A stretch of 64,000 bases of DNA, from contig NC_042997.1 in NCBI RefSeq assembly GCF_006345805.1, forward strand, positions 177,258,001-177,322,000. The letters are read 5' to 3'. A program made the translations under genes and the position numbers. Below are positions 39,890 to 54,000 of the stretch, piece by piece. Every line of letters starts with the position of its first letter. The first letter of the stretch is position 1. Under the pieces are notes generated by a model, which worked only from the letters and a program-made list of their open reading frames with translations, had not been told where the DNA came from and ran no database searches. The stretch comes from Octopus sinensis. Lineage: Eukaryota.

Positions 39890-39984
39890 CTGAATAATAT
39901 AGTCTATTAACTATTTTTTTCTTTCTCGCTAGACCACTGATAACTAGACTTTTTCTATGAATATTCTTGCTACCCTAAATTTTC

Positions 39985-40073
<89 letters not shown>

Positions 40074-40202
40074 TATATATATTGATTATATTATATTGTA
40101 TATAAGGCCTGCTCGCCTAGCTAGCCGGTAGCATCGTTCGAAAGCTTAAACGATGCGATTCACATTGTGGTAACAAGATCCGAAAGTCTGGTCGATACCG
40201 TG

Positions 40203-40342
<140 letters not shown>

Positions 40343-40399
40343 CTGTTTGTGTGCGTGCGTGCGTACGTGTGTGTGTGTGCGAGCGTGTGTGTGTGTGTG

Positions 40400-40433
<34 letters not shown>

Positions 40434-40437
<4 letters not shown>

Positions 40438-42383
40438 CCACTTCATGGCAACCGGTGTTGGTGTGTTTACATCACTGTAACATAAGCAGCTCTGCAATAA
40501 GAGACCGATTGGATAAGTATCACGCTTAAAAAAAAAAAAAAGAAAAGAGAAGTATTTGGGTGGATTCGTTCAACTGAATTTCTTCATGACGGTGCTCCAG
40601 TGTGACCGCAGTCTAATGATTGAAACAAGTAAAAATAAAAAAAAAATTGCAGTTCGAATTAAGCAGTAAAAGGCCTCCCGATATTGTTGCTGCTGTTTAC
40701 GACTGGTGCTGTCGTTGATAGTATTCAACGCGTTAATAAGAGACAACAAGCAGTTTATAAACCTGATTGACAGGGGGGACAACTTTACTACCAATAAAAT
40801 AGCTTATCATTACTTCACTGGCGTCTGGTATTATATTAATTGAACTAAATATATATTGCACAGCAGTATAAAATTTTCATCAATTGCGTTGATCGCCTTA
40901 TAATTCTTTTATAAGGTTAAGTCAGTGGGTGGTAGAGTGGATTGTATAGATTCAGGTCATACAATGCATGTCTAACACACACGCACATGCACACACTCAG
41001 AGTAAACAAAAGTAGTAACGATTCAGGTTTAAATAGGAATTTCTATATTTATTTTTTTTTATCTTTATAAGAGACAGCTGACAATAGGTACATACATGTT
41101 AATGCACCCTGCTTTTATTGCCAGGCTTTGATCTTTAAAATTGCATCTTGTAGTTTAAGTGCCATGCGTTGTCCTTGGAATATGCATGCATGTTCATTGA
41201 GTACATTATCAGCTTTCTCTCTATCTCATCATCTGTCCCTGTTGATCGATCTACCCACCTGTGTATATGTGTGTTGTTCAATTAAAATGGATATTTTATA
41301 TTCTATCATTTCATTATATTATATATTTAAGATTGTAAAATAAACGTGAAAATCAGACAAAGTTGGATTTTCTTTGAGTAATATATTCTTCTATACACAA
41401 TCATACACACACGTGTATATATATACATATATATAATATATATATATATATTATATATGTGTGTGTGGTGTGTGTATGTATATGTGTGTGCATGATATAT
41501 ATATATATATATTGTGTGTGTGTGTGTTGTGTGTGTGTGTGTGTGTGTGTGTGTTGTGTGTGTGACCACTTCATGGCAACCGGTGTTGGTGTGTTTACAT
41601 CACTGTAACATAAGCAGCTCTGCAATAAGAGACCGATTGGATAAGTATCACGCTTAAAAAAAAAAAAAAGAAAAGAGAAGTATTTGGGTGGATTCGTTCA
41701 ACTGAATTTCTTCATGACGGTGCTCCAGTGTGACCGCAGTCTAATGATTGAAACAATTAAAAATAAAAAAAAATTGCAGTTCGAATTAGCAGTAAAAGGC
41801 CTCCCGATATTGTTGCTGCTGTTTACGACTGGTGCTGTCGTTGATAGTATTCAACGCGTTAATAAGAGACAACAAGCAGTTTATAAACCTGATTGACAGG
41901 GGGGACAACTTTACTACCAATAAAATAGCTTATCATTACTTCACTGGCGTCTGGTATTATATTAATTGAACTAAATATATATTGCACAGCAGTATAAAAT
42001 TTTCATCAATTGCGTTGATCGCCTTATAATTCTTTTATAAGGTTAAGTCAGTGGGTAGTGGATATTGTATAGATTCAGGTCATACAATGCATGTCTAACA
42101 CACACGCACATGCACACACTCAGAGTAAACAAAAGTAGTAACGATTCAGGTTTAAATAGGAATTTCTATATTTATTTTTTTTTATCTTTATAAGAGACAG
42201 CTGACAATAGGGTACATACATGTTACATGCACCCTGCTTTTATTCCAGGCTTTGATCTTTAAAAATTGCATCTTGTAGTTTAAGTGCCATGCGTTGTCCT
42301 TGGAATATGCATGCATGTTCATTGAGTACATATCAGCTTTCTCTCTATCTCATCATCTGTCCCTGTTGATCGATCTACCCACC

Positions 42384-42416
<33 letters not shown>

Positions 42417-42556
42417 TCAATTAAAATGGATATTTTATATTCTATCATTTCATTATATTATATTATTATAAGATTGTAAATAAAACGTGAAAATCAGACA
42501 AAGTTGGATTTTCTTTGAGTAATATATTCTTCTATACACAATCATACACACACGTG

Positions 42557-42570
<14 letters not shown>
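40434..42570. repeat. Direct tandem duplication of ~1.0 kb (40434-41430 and 41563-42570)
   Basis: Near-identical copies, differing mainly by 1-bp indels and microsatellite length. Confidence 0.9.
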
Positions 42571-42621
<51 letters not shown>

Positions 42622-42640
42622 ATGTATATGTGTGTGCATG

Positions 42641-42692
<52 letters not shown>

Positions 42693-42712
42693 TATGTATG
42701 TATGTATGTATG

Positions 42713-43045
42713 AAGACTGCCTTCAGTCATGAATGACCATGAGATTGCACCTAGAAAGTTACACTCCGAGGCATAAGTCCGGACAAGGTTGTTTATGGAA
42801 GACCAGCAGTTGCCCATGCATACCAACCCTTCCCTCTCCACGCCACCGATGTTATCTAAGGAAAAAGCAAAGGCCAATATAGCTTGGCATCAGTGACGTC
42901 GCAGCTCATTTCTAAAGCTGCGTGAACTGGAGCAACATGAAAATAAAGTGTCTTGCTCAGGAACACACCACACAGCCCAGTCCGGGAATCGAACTCACTA
43001 CCTCATGATTGTGAGCCCGACACTCTAACCACTGAGTCATGCGCC
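42713..43045 (-). mobile_element. SINE family D
   Basis: Reverse complement ggcgcatgactcagtggttagagtg...gttcgattcccgga; body matches 3820-4149. Confidence 0.82.
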
Positions 43046-43474
43046 TACACACACACACACACACACACACATCTCTAGAATAATACAGTTTGTCGATTGT
43101 TGTTCATCCTTCATTTTCAAAGACAAATATGACTTCAACCATGCACTGCAACAATTGAGGATGCAACCACATAGGCAACTGGAGGCCCACTATTACTCCA
43201 GCCTATACTATGCCTTTTGTGCAGAGCAATTAGGAAGTGGTGATGTTTTCGTTGTTGCAGTTATGCTTGCGCAACCACCAAAGCGAAAGCTCCGTCGCCC
43301 GCTTCAAGAACTACCTTAGAACTCAAAGCTGAAGGAATATAGCTGTATATTTCCTATAGTAGTCGCACACTTAAGTGGACTGAAATTTTCAGGGGCATAA
43401 ATGGTTCTTGCGTAGATCAGTGAGCAACTCAAAATTACATGCGTTGATGAAAATACTGGATCCAAAGTTTGGCA

Positions 43475-43840
43475 CAAGTACTCAATTAGTACTTTTTGTT
43501 ATCGATCCCGAAAAGAATGAAAGGCAAAGTCGACCTCGGCGGAATTTGACCTCAGAACGTAAAGACGGACGGAATGCCGCTAAACATTTTGCCCGGCATG
43601 CTAACGATTCTTATCTCTTTATTGTCCACAAGGGGCTAAACATAGAGGAGACAAACAAGGACAGACAAAGGGATTAAGTCGATTACATAGATCCAGTGTG
43701 TAACTGGTACTTATTTAATCGACCCTGAAAGGATGAAAGGCAAAGTCGACCTCAGCGGAATTTGAACTCAGAACGTAACAGCAGACGAAATAACGCTAAG
43801 CATTTCGCCCGGCATGCTAACGGTTCTGCCAACTCGCTGC
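43475..43840 (-). mobile_element. Family B SINE(s), partially tandem
   Basis: Two successive reverse-complement family B cores. Confidence 0.8.
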
Positions 43841-44459
43841 ATTTGTTGATGAAAATATTTATACGGATTCTATGCTACGGTAAAAACAAAACTGGCTCCA
43901 CAGTTTGGAAATCTCTGTCTAAACATCAGCGTATAGAAAAAACTTATAACACTGAAAGACAAGACCTCTCAGGTGAACTTCAAATGTCACATGCTTCATC
44001 TACCTGTACAATTATACCACAACAAGGAATAGTGTAGCGTAATTAAGCGAAGTTTCCTCAGAAGCGATAGGTTCGGCCGGCAGCATCCGAACCTAACGCC
44101 AAGAGATCCTCGTCATGGTCAGCAATCAGCAAGGCACCCTTCCATTCTTTTGATGGATTTTGTATTTTATCATGCATAATATTCACCCCATGTCACTCTT
44201 CATCTTGGAAAAATATTTCCATGTGGAGTTGCTGGTTCAGTCATCGACGACCCGACCATGACAGATATATATAAAATATATCTGTATAATGATCTTCTTA
44301 TATAGTGCTCAGGAACAAAACGACGCGTTTTGGGCGCGTTCATTGACCTATCTCGCAACAACACTCCACATGTAATAGTCCAATGGATTGAGATCTGAGC
44401 AATTAAGAGACCAAATGTTAGGGGGTGGGGTCATGTGATTGTGAAAATTTTCAGCCAGC

Positions 44460-44830
44460 CATTCCTGTGTTACTAGAGACATGTGTGATAGTGCAGAGTC
44501 TTACTTAAAGACATAAGGCCTTCCATTGCATACACTGTGTATCCAAAGCTTAATGATTGATTCCAGGACCTCAATGTAGGCGACAGAATTAACTCTAAGG
44601 CCTTGTGGAAAGAAGTAAGGAAGCATCACATGTCCTTCATTGTTGACAACCCCTAAAACCACGACAGTCGCGGTATAATTACGAGGCAAATCCAACATGT
44701 GCCTCTAGCTTATAGATTATAATTTTCAAATCCACCGCGCAAGCTTAGCGATTGATTCCAGGGCCTCAATGTAGGCAACAGTTAACTCTAAGGCCTTGTG
44801 GAAAGAAGTAAGGAAGCATCATCAGAAAAA
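44460..44830 (-). pseudogene. Tc1/mariner-superfamily transposase remnant with an internal ~70-bp duplication
   Basis: VVVLGVVNNEGHVMLPYFFPQGLRVNSVAYIEVLESIIKLWIHSVCNGRPYVFK; 44561-44628 is repeated at 44753-44822. Confidence 0.75.
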
Positions 44831-44904
44831 GTAATCAAAACTGCATGAACAGGAGGTAGAATATGCACAGGATGTGAACAGTGAATAAGTCGTGAAAAAA
44901 AAAA

Positions 44905-45165
44905 AAGAACGGGAATGGGTGACACCAAGTGTACAGTTGGGGTATTTCAGGAAGCATAGAAGGATATAGAGTCTCGACAGCTAACAATTGATGCCAGTAG
45001 GTTATTCCATACTTCAGCAATTCTGAGCGTGATAAAATGTTTCCGAAATCATGGGTGCTCTGGTGGGTTTTTTTATTTTATTTTGTAAGCATGTCCACGA
45101 GTGTTAGGGATGTCGAATTAAAAAAGGTGACCAAGGTTGTGTTACCTTACATGACACCAGCAGTA
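44905..45165 (-). mobile_element. CR1/L2-group LINE 3' fragment
   Basis: Homologous to 45380-45708 (...ctcgtggacatgc...gaaacattttatcacgctcagaattgctgaag..tggaataa). Confidence 0.65.
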
Positions 45166-45301
45166 GACATACATGTATGTATGTATGTATGTATGTATGT
45201 ATGTATGTATGTATGTATGTATGTATGTATGTATGTATGTCTATATGTGCATGTGTCCATGTACGTATGTATGGATGTATGTGAGTATGCATGTATGCAT
45301 G

Positions 45302-45339
<38 letters not shown>

Positions 45340-45379
45340 TGTGTACAGTGCTCAGGTGCACTACAACTCATCTAAAGTG

Positions 45380-45708
45380 TATATATAATCAGGTGTAGTT
45401 TCGGCGGATTTCGGAAAGCATGAGGGCCTTAAAGGATGCAGTGTCATGGCAGTCAGCAACTGACGCAGGCAGTTTATTCCATGCTTCAGCAACTCTGAGC
45501 GTGAAAAAATGTTTCCGAAAGTCATGGGAGCTGTGTTGTTTTCTGACTTTGTAGGCATGTCCACGGTGTTAGACACATGGAGATCAAAAAGGTGTTCAGT
45601 GTTGTTGTTGGTGAGGTGGTTGGATAACTTGTGGGTGTTTACCAAGTCCGTCGCCAGACGCCGGAGCTTCAGTGAATCCATGCCCAGGGAAACAAGGCGC
45701 TCAGAATA
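45380..45708 (-). mobile_element. CR1/L2-group LINE 3' end
   Basis: YSERLVSLGMDSLKLRRLATDLVNTHKL, followed by frameshifted TRGH/RV..WN-type motifs. Confidence 0.75.
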
Positions 45709-46036
45709 TGTATGCATGTATGTCTGTATGTATGCGTGCATGTGTGCGTGCATGTATGTATGTATATGACAAAAACACACTTAAACATTTCTATATATTT
45801 ACATATTAATTTAATTAAACTAAGAATCAGGATTTTACTTGAACTTGAATAAACAATATGCTGTGTCTCTTGTACTATCTCCCTGTTACATTTAAGAACT
45901 CTAAATCTGTGTCACACACACACACAATGTATTATCTATCTATCCATGTCTATGCTGTATGTATGTATGTATGTATGTATGTATGTATGTATGTATGTAC
46001 GTATCTATCTGTCTATCTGCCTATCTATCTATCTGC

Positions 46037-46168
<132 letters not shown>

Positions 46169-47073
46169 TTATCTATCTATCTATCTATGTTGGTTTTTAT
46201 GTCAAGTTAGATATAAAGCACAATTTAACATTTAACAGTCGGAGAATTACTCTATACGTTTTAGTAGAGTACAAGCAACATTAAAAGTTAGTTTGCGACA
46301 GCTTTCTTACTTATTTATCGATCAAAAACTTAGGAGTGAATGGTGAATTCTAGTCTATAATATTGATTTTGAAATTTTGGTACAAGGCCAGCCAGTTCGG
46401 AGGTGGTGATAAGTCGATTATATCGATCACATTGTTTTAGCTGGTACTTATTCTGTCGACTCCCATAGGATGAAAAGTCGACCATGGAGTCATTTGAACT
46501 CAGACCGTAAAATTCGGAAGAAATGCCGCCTCCTGTCTGACGCCGTAATGATTCTGTCTGCTCGCCTACTTATTCTAGTCTATTGATTGTGACACGATGA
46601 ATAAACTGACTTGAAAGAATGGAAAACTAGTAATGAAAAACCCAGTTATCTCCCTTAGACAGTAAATAAAGACATGCATCAATTTGTTCCCATTTACTGA
46701 CATTTATCGATTTCTAACAGGCTCAAGGCCGCGTTTTTTCAAGGAGGGTGTAGTCGATTATATCGGCTGCGTTTCTTGGTTAGTACTTTTCCTTCATCGA
46801 CCCTAAAAGGATGAAATCATAGTCAAACTCTGCTGGATTTGAACTGATAAAGGGAGGCAACCAAATACAACAAAGTCATTTTTCTTTGTACAATCGATAG
46901 ATTGTTAAGCCATAATAATAATAATAATAATAATGATAATAATAATAATAATTATTATTATCCTTTCTGTTATAAGCACAAGGCCTGAAATTTAGGGGGA
47001 GGGGATAGTCGATTCATCGACCTCGAAAAGATGAAAGTCGACCTCGGCGGAATTTGAACTCAGAAAACGTACG

Positions 47074-47173
47074 NNNNNNNNNNNNNNNNNNNNNNNNNNN
47101 NNNNNNNNNNNNNNNNNNNNNNNNNNNNNNNNNNNNNNNNNNNNNNNNNNNNNNNNNNNNNNNNNNNNNNNNN
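47074..47173. other. Assembly gap (100 N)
   Basis: Run of N. Confidence 1.
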
Positions 47174-47351
47174 GGTATTGAACTACTATCCGTGCGAAGG
47201 TTGTGGCCACACTATCGCATTTGAGACGTGATCAAGAAAGCCTCAATACCGGATTTTCCCACACATTTCCAGGATAGTACTATTCTTCACTTTATCATCT
47301 CACTCAACCATGTATATTTGCCTGAAACATCTCAAATGAAAATTATTCAGC

Positions 47352-48136
47352 TGACTCATGTGCCCACTTGAAGGTGCCCAGCTCTCTGCTCTATATGAGT
47401 CAGGACAAGTGACTTACACACATCAATTTTTGTCTTTACTGAGACATCATGGGCATTCCAAAGTCGATCGTAAAGCTTCTCAAAGCTGTACTGGCCTTTC
47501 CAATACGAGCCCAGTTTAGCATCGCTTCTTACTGTAGAACCCAAATACATACATACATACATACATACATACATACATACATACATACATACATACATAC
47601 ATGCATACATACATACATGCATACATACATACATGGTGGCTGCCCCCTCGTTATCGAGTATGGCCATTGCACGAAGCTTAATCAATGTTGTTATCGTGCA
47701 ATGCCTGTGCAAGAAGAATTTTTTTTAAAGTGAGGAAAGGCTGTGTACTGAATCAATCCCACTCACTAAGCAACAGCAGCCATAATCCGAAAAGAAGAAC
47801 AAGTCAACATCATCGGTAACAACTGAGCCGCAGGTTTTATGTCGGAGTTATCCCAGTTACCTGAGTTAACTTCTCCTAGAAGGATGCCCTAACAAAGGAT
47901 GGGAGTCCTTTACCTCCAATGGTTTAACCGCGCGATCGGGTATTCAGTCCGATTATTTCTATGTCCCGCGAATGATACTCCTTAGACGACTTTATTGGAT
48001 GGCTGTTGACTCTCAAGAGTTCCTCCGCCTCTTTGACGGGTTTTGTTTTTCATCCCGCAGGGTGTCAAATAAAACACCTCCTCACCAAGCAAGCTTGGTA
48101 GGGTTGCCAGTTTAGTTGCCGATTAACCCGACCATG
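47352..48136 (-). mobile_element. Internally deleted RTE-like LINE (5' UTR 47760-48136; RT fragment 47352-47545)
   Basis: YLGSTVRSDAK...SFEKLYDRLWNAHDVSVKTKIDV. The upstream GC-richer segment, with gggcatccttctaggagaag, resembles RTE 5' UTRs (from memory). Confidence 0.55.
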
Positions 48137-48322
48137 TACATACATACGTACATACATACATACATACATACATACATACATACATACATACATACATACA
48201 TACATACATACATACATACATGATAGACTCTCTCGTCGAAGACGACGTATGAGCGTTCAGGTTTTGTCGAATGATCTGCACAAACGATTCGTTTATAGTG
48301 ATCAAATATATGTGCTGTACAT

Positions 48323-48552
48323 TACTCTTTACTCTTTTACTTGTTTCAGTCATTTGATTGTGGCCATGCTGGAGCACCGTCTTTTAGTCGAGCAAATCGA
48401 CCCCAGGACTTATTCTTTGGGAGCCTGGTACTTATTCCATCGGTCTCTTTTGCCGAACCGCTACGTTACGGGGACGTAAACACACCAGTATCGGTTGTCA
48501 AGCGATGGGGGGGGGGGCAAACACAGAGACACAAACATATACACACACAACT

Positions 48553-48585
<33 letters not shown>

Positions 48586-48757
48586 CATATATACGACGTA
48601 TTTCTTTCAGTTTCCGTCTACCAAATCCACTCACAAGGCTTTGGTCGGCCCGAGGCTATAGTAGAAAACACTTGCCCATGGTGCCACGTAGTGGGACTGA
48701 ACCCGGAACCATGTGGTTGGTAAGACAGCTACTTACCACACAGTCACTCTCTCCGCC
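48323..48757 (-). mobile_element. SINE family A
   Basis: Full-length reverse-complement match. Confidence 0.87.
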
Positions 48758-49204
48758 AAATCGTCGTTTCCTGAACAGGTGCACTGTGTATTACACGTCA
48801 GGTGTTGAAGTGATTGTAGTGTCACGTGTAATGAAGTGTTTTTGCTGAAGAGCATAATGCACTAATCAGTGTAGGAATTGAAACCACGATCTTGCGATTG
48901 TGAGTGCAACACCCTAACCACTAGGCTATGCGTCTTCACATAAACACACACGCACACACACACACACACACACCACACAAACACACACACACACATACGC
49001 ATATATATATAAATGTATGTATGCACATTTGTGTCTGTGTGTTTACACAATGAAAAATAAATACTTGGTATAGGTAATCACATACTAAAATATAACTTTA
49101 AATGATTGTATGTGTGTATGTATGCGCGTGCATGTGTGTGAATGCGCGTGAACAGCTGAAAGTGTTGTATTTTTATGCGAAATATCAGAAAAGTGGAAGT
49201 GGAA

Positions 49205-49578
49205 GCACTCCGTCGGTTACGACGACGAGGATTCCGGTTGATCCGAATCAACGGAACAGCCTGCTCGTGAAATTAACGTGTAAGTGGCTGAGCACTCCAC
49301 AGACACGTGTACCCTTAACGTAGTTCTCGGGGATATTCAGCGTGACACAGAGAGTGACAAGGCCGGCCCTTTGAAATACAGGTACAACAGAAACAGGAAG
49401 TAGGAGAAAGTTGTGGTGAAAGAGTACAGCAGGGATCACCACCATCCTCTGCCGGAGCCTCGTGGAGCTTTAGGTGTTTTCGCTCAATAAACACTCACAA
49501 CGCCCGGTCTGGGAATCGAAACCGCGATCCTATGACCGCGAGTCCGCTGCCCTAACCACTGGGCCATTGCGCCTCCAC
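49205..49578 (-). mobile_element. tRNA-derived SINE, family C
   Basis: Reverse complement gtggaggcgcaatggcccagtggttagggc...gtttcgattccc. Confidence 0.88.
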
Positions 49579-49859
49579 ATCAGAAAAGCATGAGTCTCTT
49601 AAATACGTATCTCCAAAATTTAGTCATTACTAGTGATAGTGTATAATTTTCAAATCAATGTTTTCCGTATTAGATAAAGAAACTGGTAATATAGAACGAC
49701 ACCATTACTTTTTAAACAAATCTTATCTTCCAACTTGAGAGACAAACACTATGCACCAGGAGATAAAATGTTTAATTGGATCAGCTCATATATGCTTAAA
49801 TTTATGTTTCTAAATATCTATACACCCAAAGACACCACACACACGCACACTCACGGACA

Positions 49860-49927
<68 letters not shown>

Positions 49928-50447
49928 GCACATGCATACATACGTATAAAATACATATACACACATGTGAAATACTCACACACACACTTGTGTGGTTAAT
50001 GTATGTGTTCCTAGAAAAAAAATAACATCACCCATTAGCTAAAGAAATTACCGAATATAAAATGTGGTGTTAATAATTATGAAATAAAAAAAATCTGACA
50101 GTGATTTCGAAGTTTCGCCGGGCTGGTTTGTCAGATTATTTGACAAGGTCATTTCGGTGATATTTCGGTGATTTGAAGCCACATTCGTATCAGCTCTTTT
50201 ATATACATAACACACACACACACACACACACACACGCGCGCTCTCTCAAACACACGCATACGCACGCACACACACATAAACACACACACACACACACATA
50301 TTTGTACAGCGCCATCAAAAAGTGTTAGACAAGATAAATAACAGAAATTGATGTTTTACAAGGGGTTCACTCAAACTGTCATTTGGATAAACGGTGATGG
50401 CAAGTCAGTAATGACACTTTCAACTACACAACACACAAACACACAGG

Positions 50448-50491
<44 letters not shown>

Positions 50492-50494
50492 TAT

Positions 50495-50534
<40 letters not shown>

Positions 50535-50605
50535 CGTATATATATATATATATATATACGTATATATATTATGTATATATGTATGTATATGCATAAATAC
50601 ATATG

Positions 50606-50654
<49 letters not shown>

Positions 50655-50777
50655 TATCTATATATATATATATATACATACACATGTAGGGAGAATTCAC
50701 AAAAAAACAAAAGACGAAGACAGGTGGTATAGACCATAAACAGATGTATTAGTTTAACGCTCGGGAAGTGAAAAAAT

Positions 50778-50813
50778 CTTTAACGTTTCGAGCCTACGCT
50801 CTTCCACAGAAAG
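50778..50813 (-). ncRNA. Minimal HHR-like motif with a core substitution
   Basis: CTTT CTGTGGA A GAGC-GTAG-GCTC GAAA CG TT|AAAG; A6 is replaced by T. Confidence 0.45.
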
Positions 50814-50901
50814 GAACACAGAAAGAAACAAGGAGAGAAAATAAAGAATATGTAGTGGCTTGCGACCTATCATGGCGAATGCAGGACAGGAGGGTCACAT
50901 A

Positions 50902-51076
50902 GGAAGCACAGGAGCGACTGTGTGGTAAGTAGCTTTCTTACGAACTACATTGTCCCGGGTTCAGTCCCACTGCATGGCACCTTGGGCAAGTGTCTTCTAC
51001 TACAGCCTTGGGCCGACCAAAGCCTTGTGAGTAGATTTGGTAGACGGAAACCGAAAGAAGCCCGTTGTATATATAT

Positions 51077-51128
<52 letters not shown>

Positions 51129-51440
51129 ATATATATACTAATATATATATTTATATCTCTATATTTATATATATATATATATATGTATGTATGTGTGTGG
51201 TGTGTGGTGTGTGTGTGTGTGCGTGCGTGTGTTTGTGTTTGCGTGTGTGTTTTGTTTCCAACATCGCTTGACAACCAATGCTGGCGTGTTTACGTCCCCG
51301 TAACTTAGCGTTTAGGCAAGAGACTTGTTAGAATAAGTACTAGGCTTGCAAAGAATGACTCCTGGGGTCAATTTGTTCGACTAAAGGCGGTGCCCCAGCA
51401 TGGTTGCAGTTAAATGACAGTAACAAGTAAAATGAGAGAA
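50902..51440 (+). mobile_element. SINE family A with expanded (TA)n core
   Basis: Head, microsatellite 51066-51250, 3' module. Confidence 0.85.
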
Positions 51441-51482
51441 GAATATATATCTGTGTGCGTGTGTACAAATATGCATATGTTA

Positions 51483-51527
51483 GTCGTGCTGATGACCCCT
51501 ATTAAGGCAGGAACACGTATCTACGAC
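51483..51527 (+). ncRNA. Degenerate type I HHR
   Basis: GTCGTG CTGATGA ccccTattaAggcag GAA CACGT ATC|TACGAC; 6-bp stem I intact, but GAAA box and stem II are decayed. Confidence 0.4.
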
Positions 51528-51751
51528 AGTTCACCTATCTCCAGGAAACAAGCCTGTTTTTGTCTTAATAGCATGTCAACTTAGGAGAAATTCTTAATTC
51601 TAGAACTTATCTCCATAGCTATATGGCGCTGCTCTCAATTTCCATTTAGTACTTGTGACACGTCCTCTAAAGGCAGATATAGTATTGGTAAATCAAGACT
51701 TTACATTGCATGTTATTTGATATACCTGTATTTGTCTATGCTGTTCATATA

Positions 51752-52615
51752 TAAGGTCTGATCAATAATTATCTGGACTGTTGCCATAGTAACGGATCTA
51801 AAGCATGTATAGTGAAGTCGCTTGGCAGAGATTGACCTTTAACTATCCTGTGTGTGTCCACTAAGTTTTAACGTTCTAGCTCACTTCTGCTGTTTACAGC
51901 GTGACCGTCGCATTGACCATGACAGAGAAAGTAGTCATGGCGATACTTGCTCAGAGGACTACGCAAAGTCCCAGAAAGTGTATGGGGAGGAGTGTATGAG
52001 CTGTACACAAATGTACGAGTGGTTCAGACGTTTCTAAGATGGTCGAAAAATGTCGATATTGACGAAAGCTCTGGGAGGCTCGCAACTAGCAGAACTGAGA
52101 AAAACATCGCAGATGTGAGTGCAGCTGTGATGGGGAATCGTCGAATCATCATCCGTGAGTTATCAGAAGATGTGCAGATTAGTTACGGTTCAATCCAGTC
52201 CTTTATCACTGAAGATTTGGGTATGAGACTCGTGTCTGCCAAGTGTGTGCCAAAACTGCTTTCAGTTGACCAAAAAGACACTCGGGTTTCAGTTGCACAA
52301 GATCTCTTTGATTGTATCGAGAGCGATGGAAACCTCTTGAAAACTTTGCATAAGTCTCTGAACAGGTATCACCAAGCTTTTGGCAAACTTTGATGCAGTT
52401 TCTCAGCTCAACTTTGTCATGTTCAATGCGACGATCACACGATACACACCCTCCTTCCAAGCACTGCTGTAAACAGTGGAAGTGAGCTAGAACGTTAAAA
52501 CTTAAGTGCATGTGCACAGCAGAGTTCAAGATCAATTTGTGCCAAGCGACTTCACTATGCGTGTTTTAACTTCGTTGCTATAGCAACAGTCCGGATACTT
52601 ATTGATCACACCACA
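51752..52615 (+). mobile_element. mariner-derived non-autonomous foldback element (5' end duplicated in inverted orientation)
   Basis: TA-flanked TIRs (..GGTCTGATCAATAA.TATC.GGACTG). HTH region VYGEECMSCTQMYEWFRRF...RRIIIRELSE...VSAKCVPKLL. About 52350-52615 is an inverted copy of the left end. Confidence 0.85.
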
Positions 52616-52737
52616 TATATGCCAGTCTGATTTATTCCTGTTTAATTTAGCTCATATTTATTTCTGTTTAATTCATGCAGTTGTGGATGTGTGGACACAT
52701 ACGAACGCGATAGATACCAGGCTAAATGGAGTATAAA

Positions 52738-53090
52738 GGCGCAAGCGTAGCTGATGGTAAGTAGCTTGTTTACCAACCACAAGGTTCTGGGTCCAGTCCT
52801 ACTGCGTGGCACGCTGGGCAAGTGTCTTCTACCAAAGCCTTGTGAGTAGATTTGGTAGACGGAAACTGAAAGAAGCCCGTCGTATATATATATATATGTA
52901 TGCTTGTGTGTCTGTGTTTGTCTCCCATCATCGCTTGACAACCGATGCTGGTGTGTTTACGTCCATGTAACTTAGCAGTTCGGCTAAGAGACCGATAGAA
53001 TAAGTTCTGGGGTCAATTTGTTCGACTAAAGGTGGTGCTACAGCATGGCCGTTGTCAAATGACTGAAACAAATAAAAGAATTAAAGAATA
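52738..53090 (+). mobile_element. SINE family A
   Basis: Match to family, with small deletions. Confidence 0.83.
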
Positions 53091-53684
53091 TACTAAAATA
53101 TTAAGGAGAGTGACGAACGTTTCTTGGGAGCAAATATTTACTGGACAGCGTATTATATGGAGATATACTGCTATTAAGAGAAACCATCAAATAACGCTGT
53201 CTTAAGTTAGTGGAAAAGATGCAGTTGCACGTCAATTGTTAATATGGGAATCAGCACATATGTGCAGCAATTGTTGAAGAATACAAATCTTTAAAAAAAT
53301 GTGTGTTGCACAGATGGACGACAAAGAAATGTGGAAGAAATTAGTCAATGCGATCCGAGTGCGCCCCACAGGACATCATTATATTAATCAAATTATTAAA
53401 AGAATGAATTTATTCAATGAAGTTCTTAATATTTGTTAAAACTTAGATGTTAATTATATTTAAATATACGCTTCTACGAGTCTTTCAAGTTGTCTGACAT
53501 TTTTATGCTTTCTTTTCTTTGTTTTTGTAATATTTTCATCAATACGGTTTTAGAAATGAATATGATTTAACATCCTGCATTTATAATACAATGGTCCTAA
53601 ACAGAGTTGAATAATATGAAGCGCCTGATATCAATGCAAGTATGTGTAATGTATACACACACACATAAATTATATATATAACAC

Positions 53685-54000
53685 CGGGCCGACCAAAGCC
53701 TTGTGAGTGGATTTGGTAGACGGAAACTGAAAGAAGCCCGTCGTATATATATATATGTGTGTGTGCGTGTGTGTGTGTGTGTGTTTGTGTGTCTGTGTTT
53801 GTCCCCCACCCCCACCGATGACAACCGATGTTGGTGTGTTCACATCCCAGTAACTTAGCGGTTCGGCAAAACGAGACCGGTAGAATAAGTACCAGGCTTA
53901 CAAAAAATAAGTCCTGGGGTCGATTTGCTCGACTAAAGGCGATACTCCAGCATGGCCGCAGTCAAATGACTGAAACAAATAAAAGAATAAAGAGTAAAAG
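53685..54000 (+). mobile_element. SINE family A, 5'-truncated
   Basis: Starts at gggccgaccaaagcc. Confidence 0.83.

Noticed and set aside
48085-48136. HDV-like ribozyme at an RTE 5' end (also about 44220-44260)
   Set aside because: Plausible from family knowledge, but I could not assemble the P1-P4 nested pseudoknot from the sequence.
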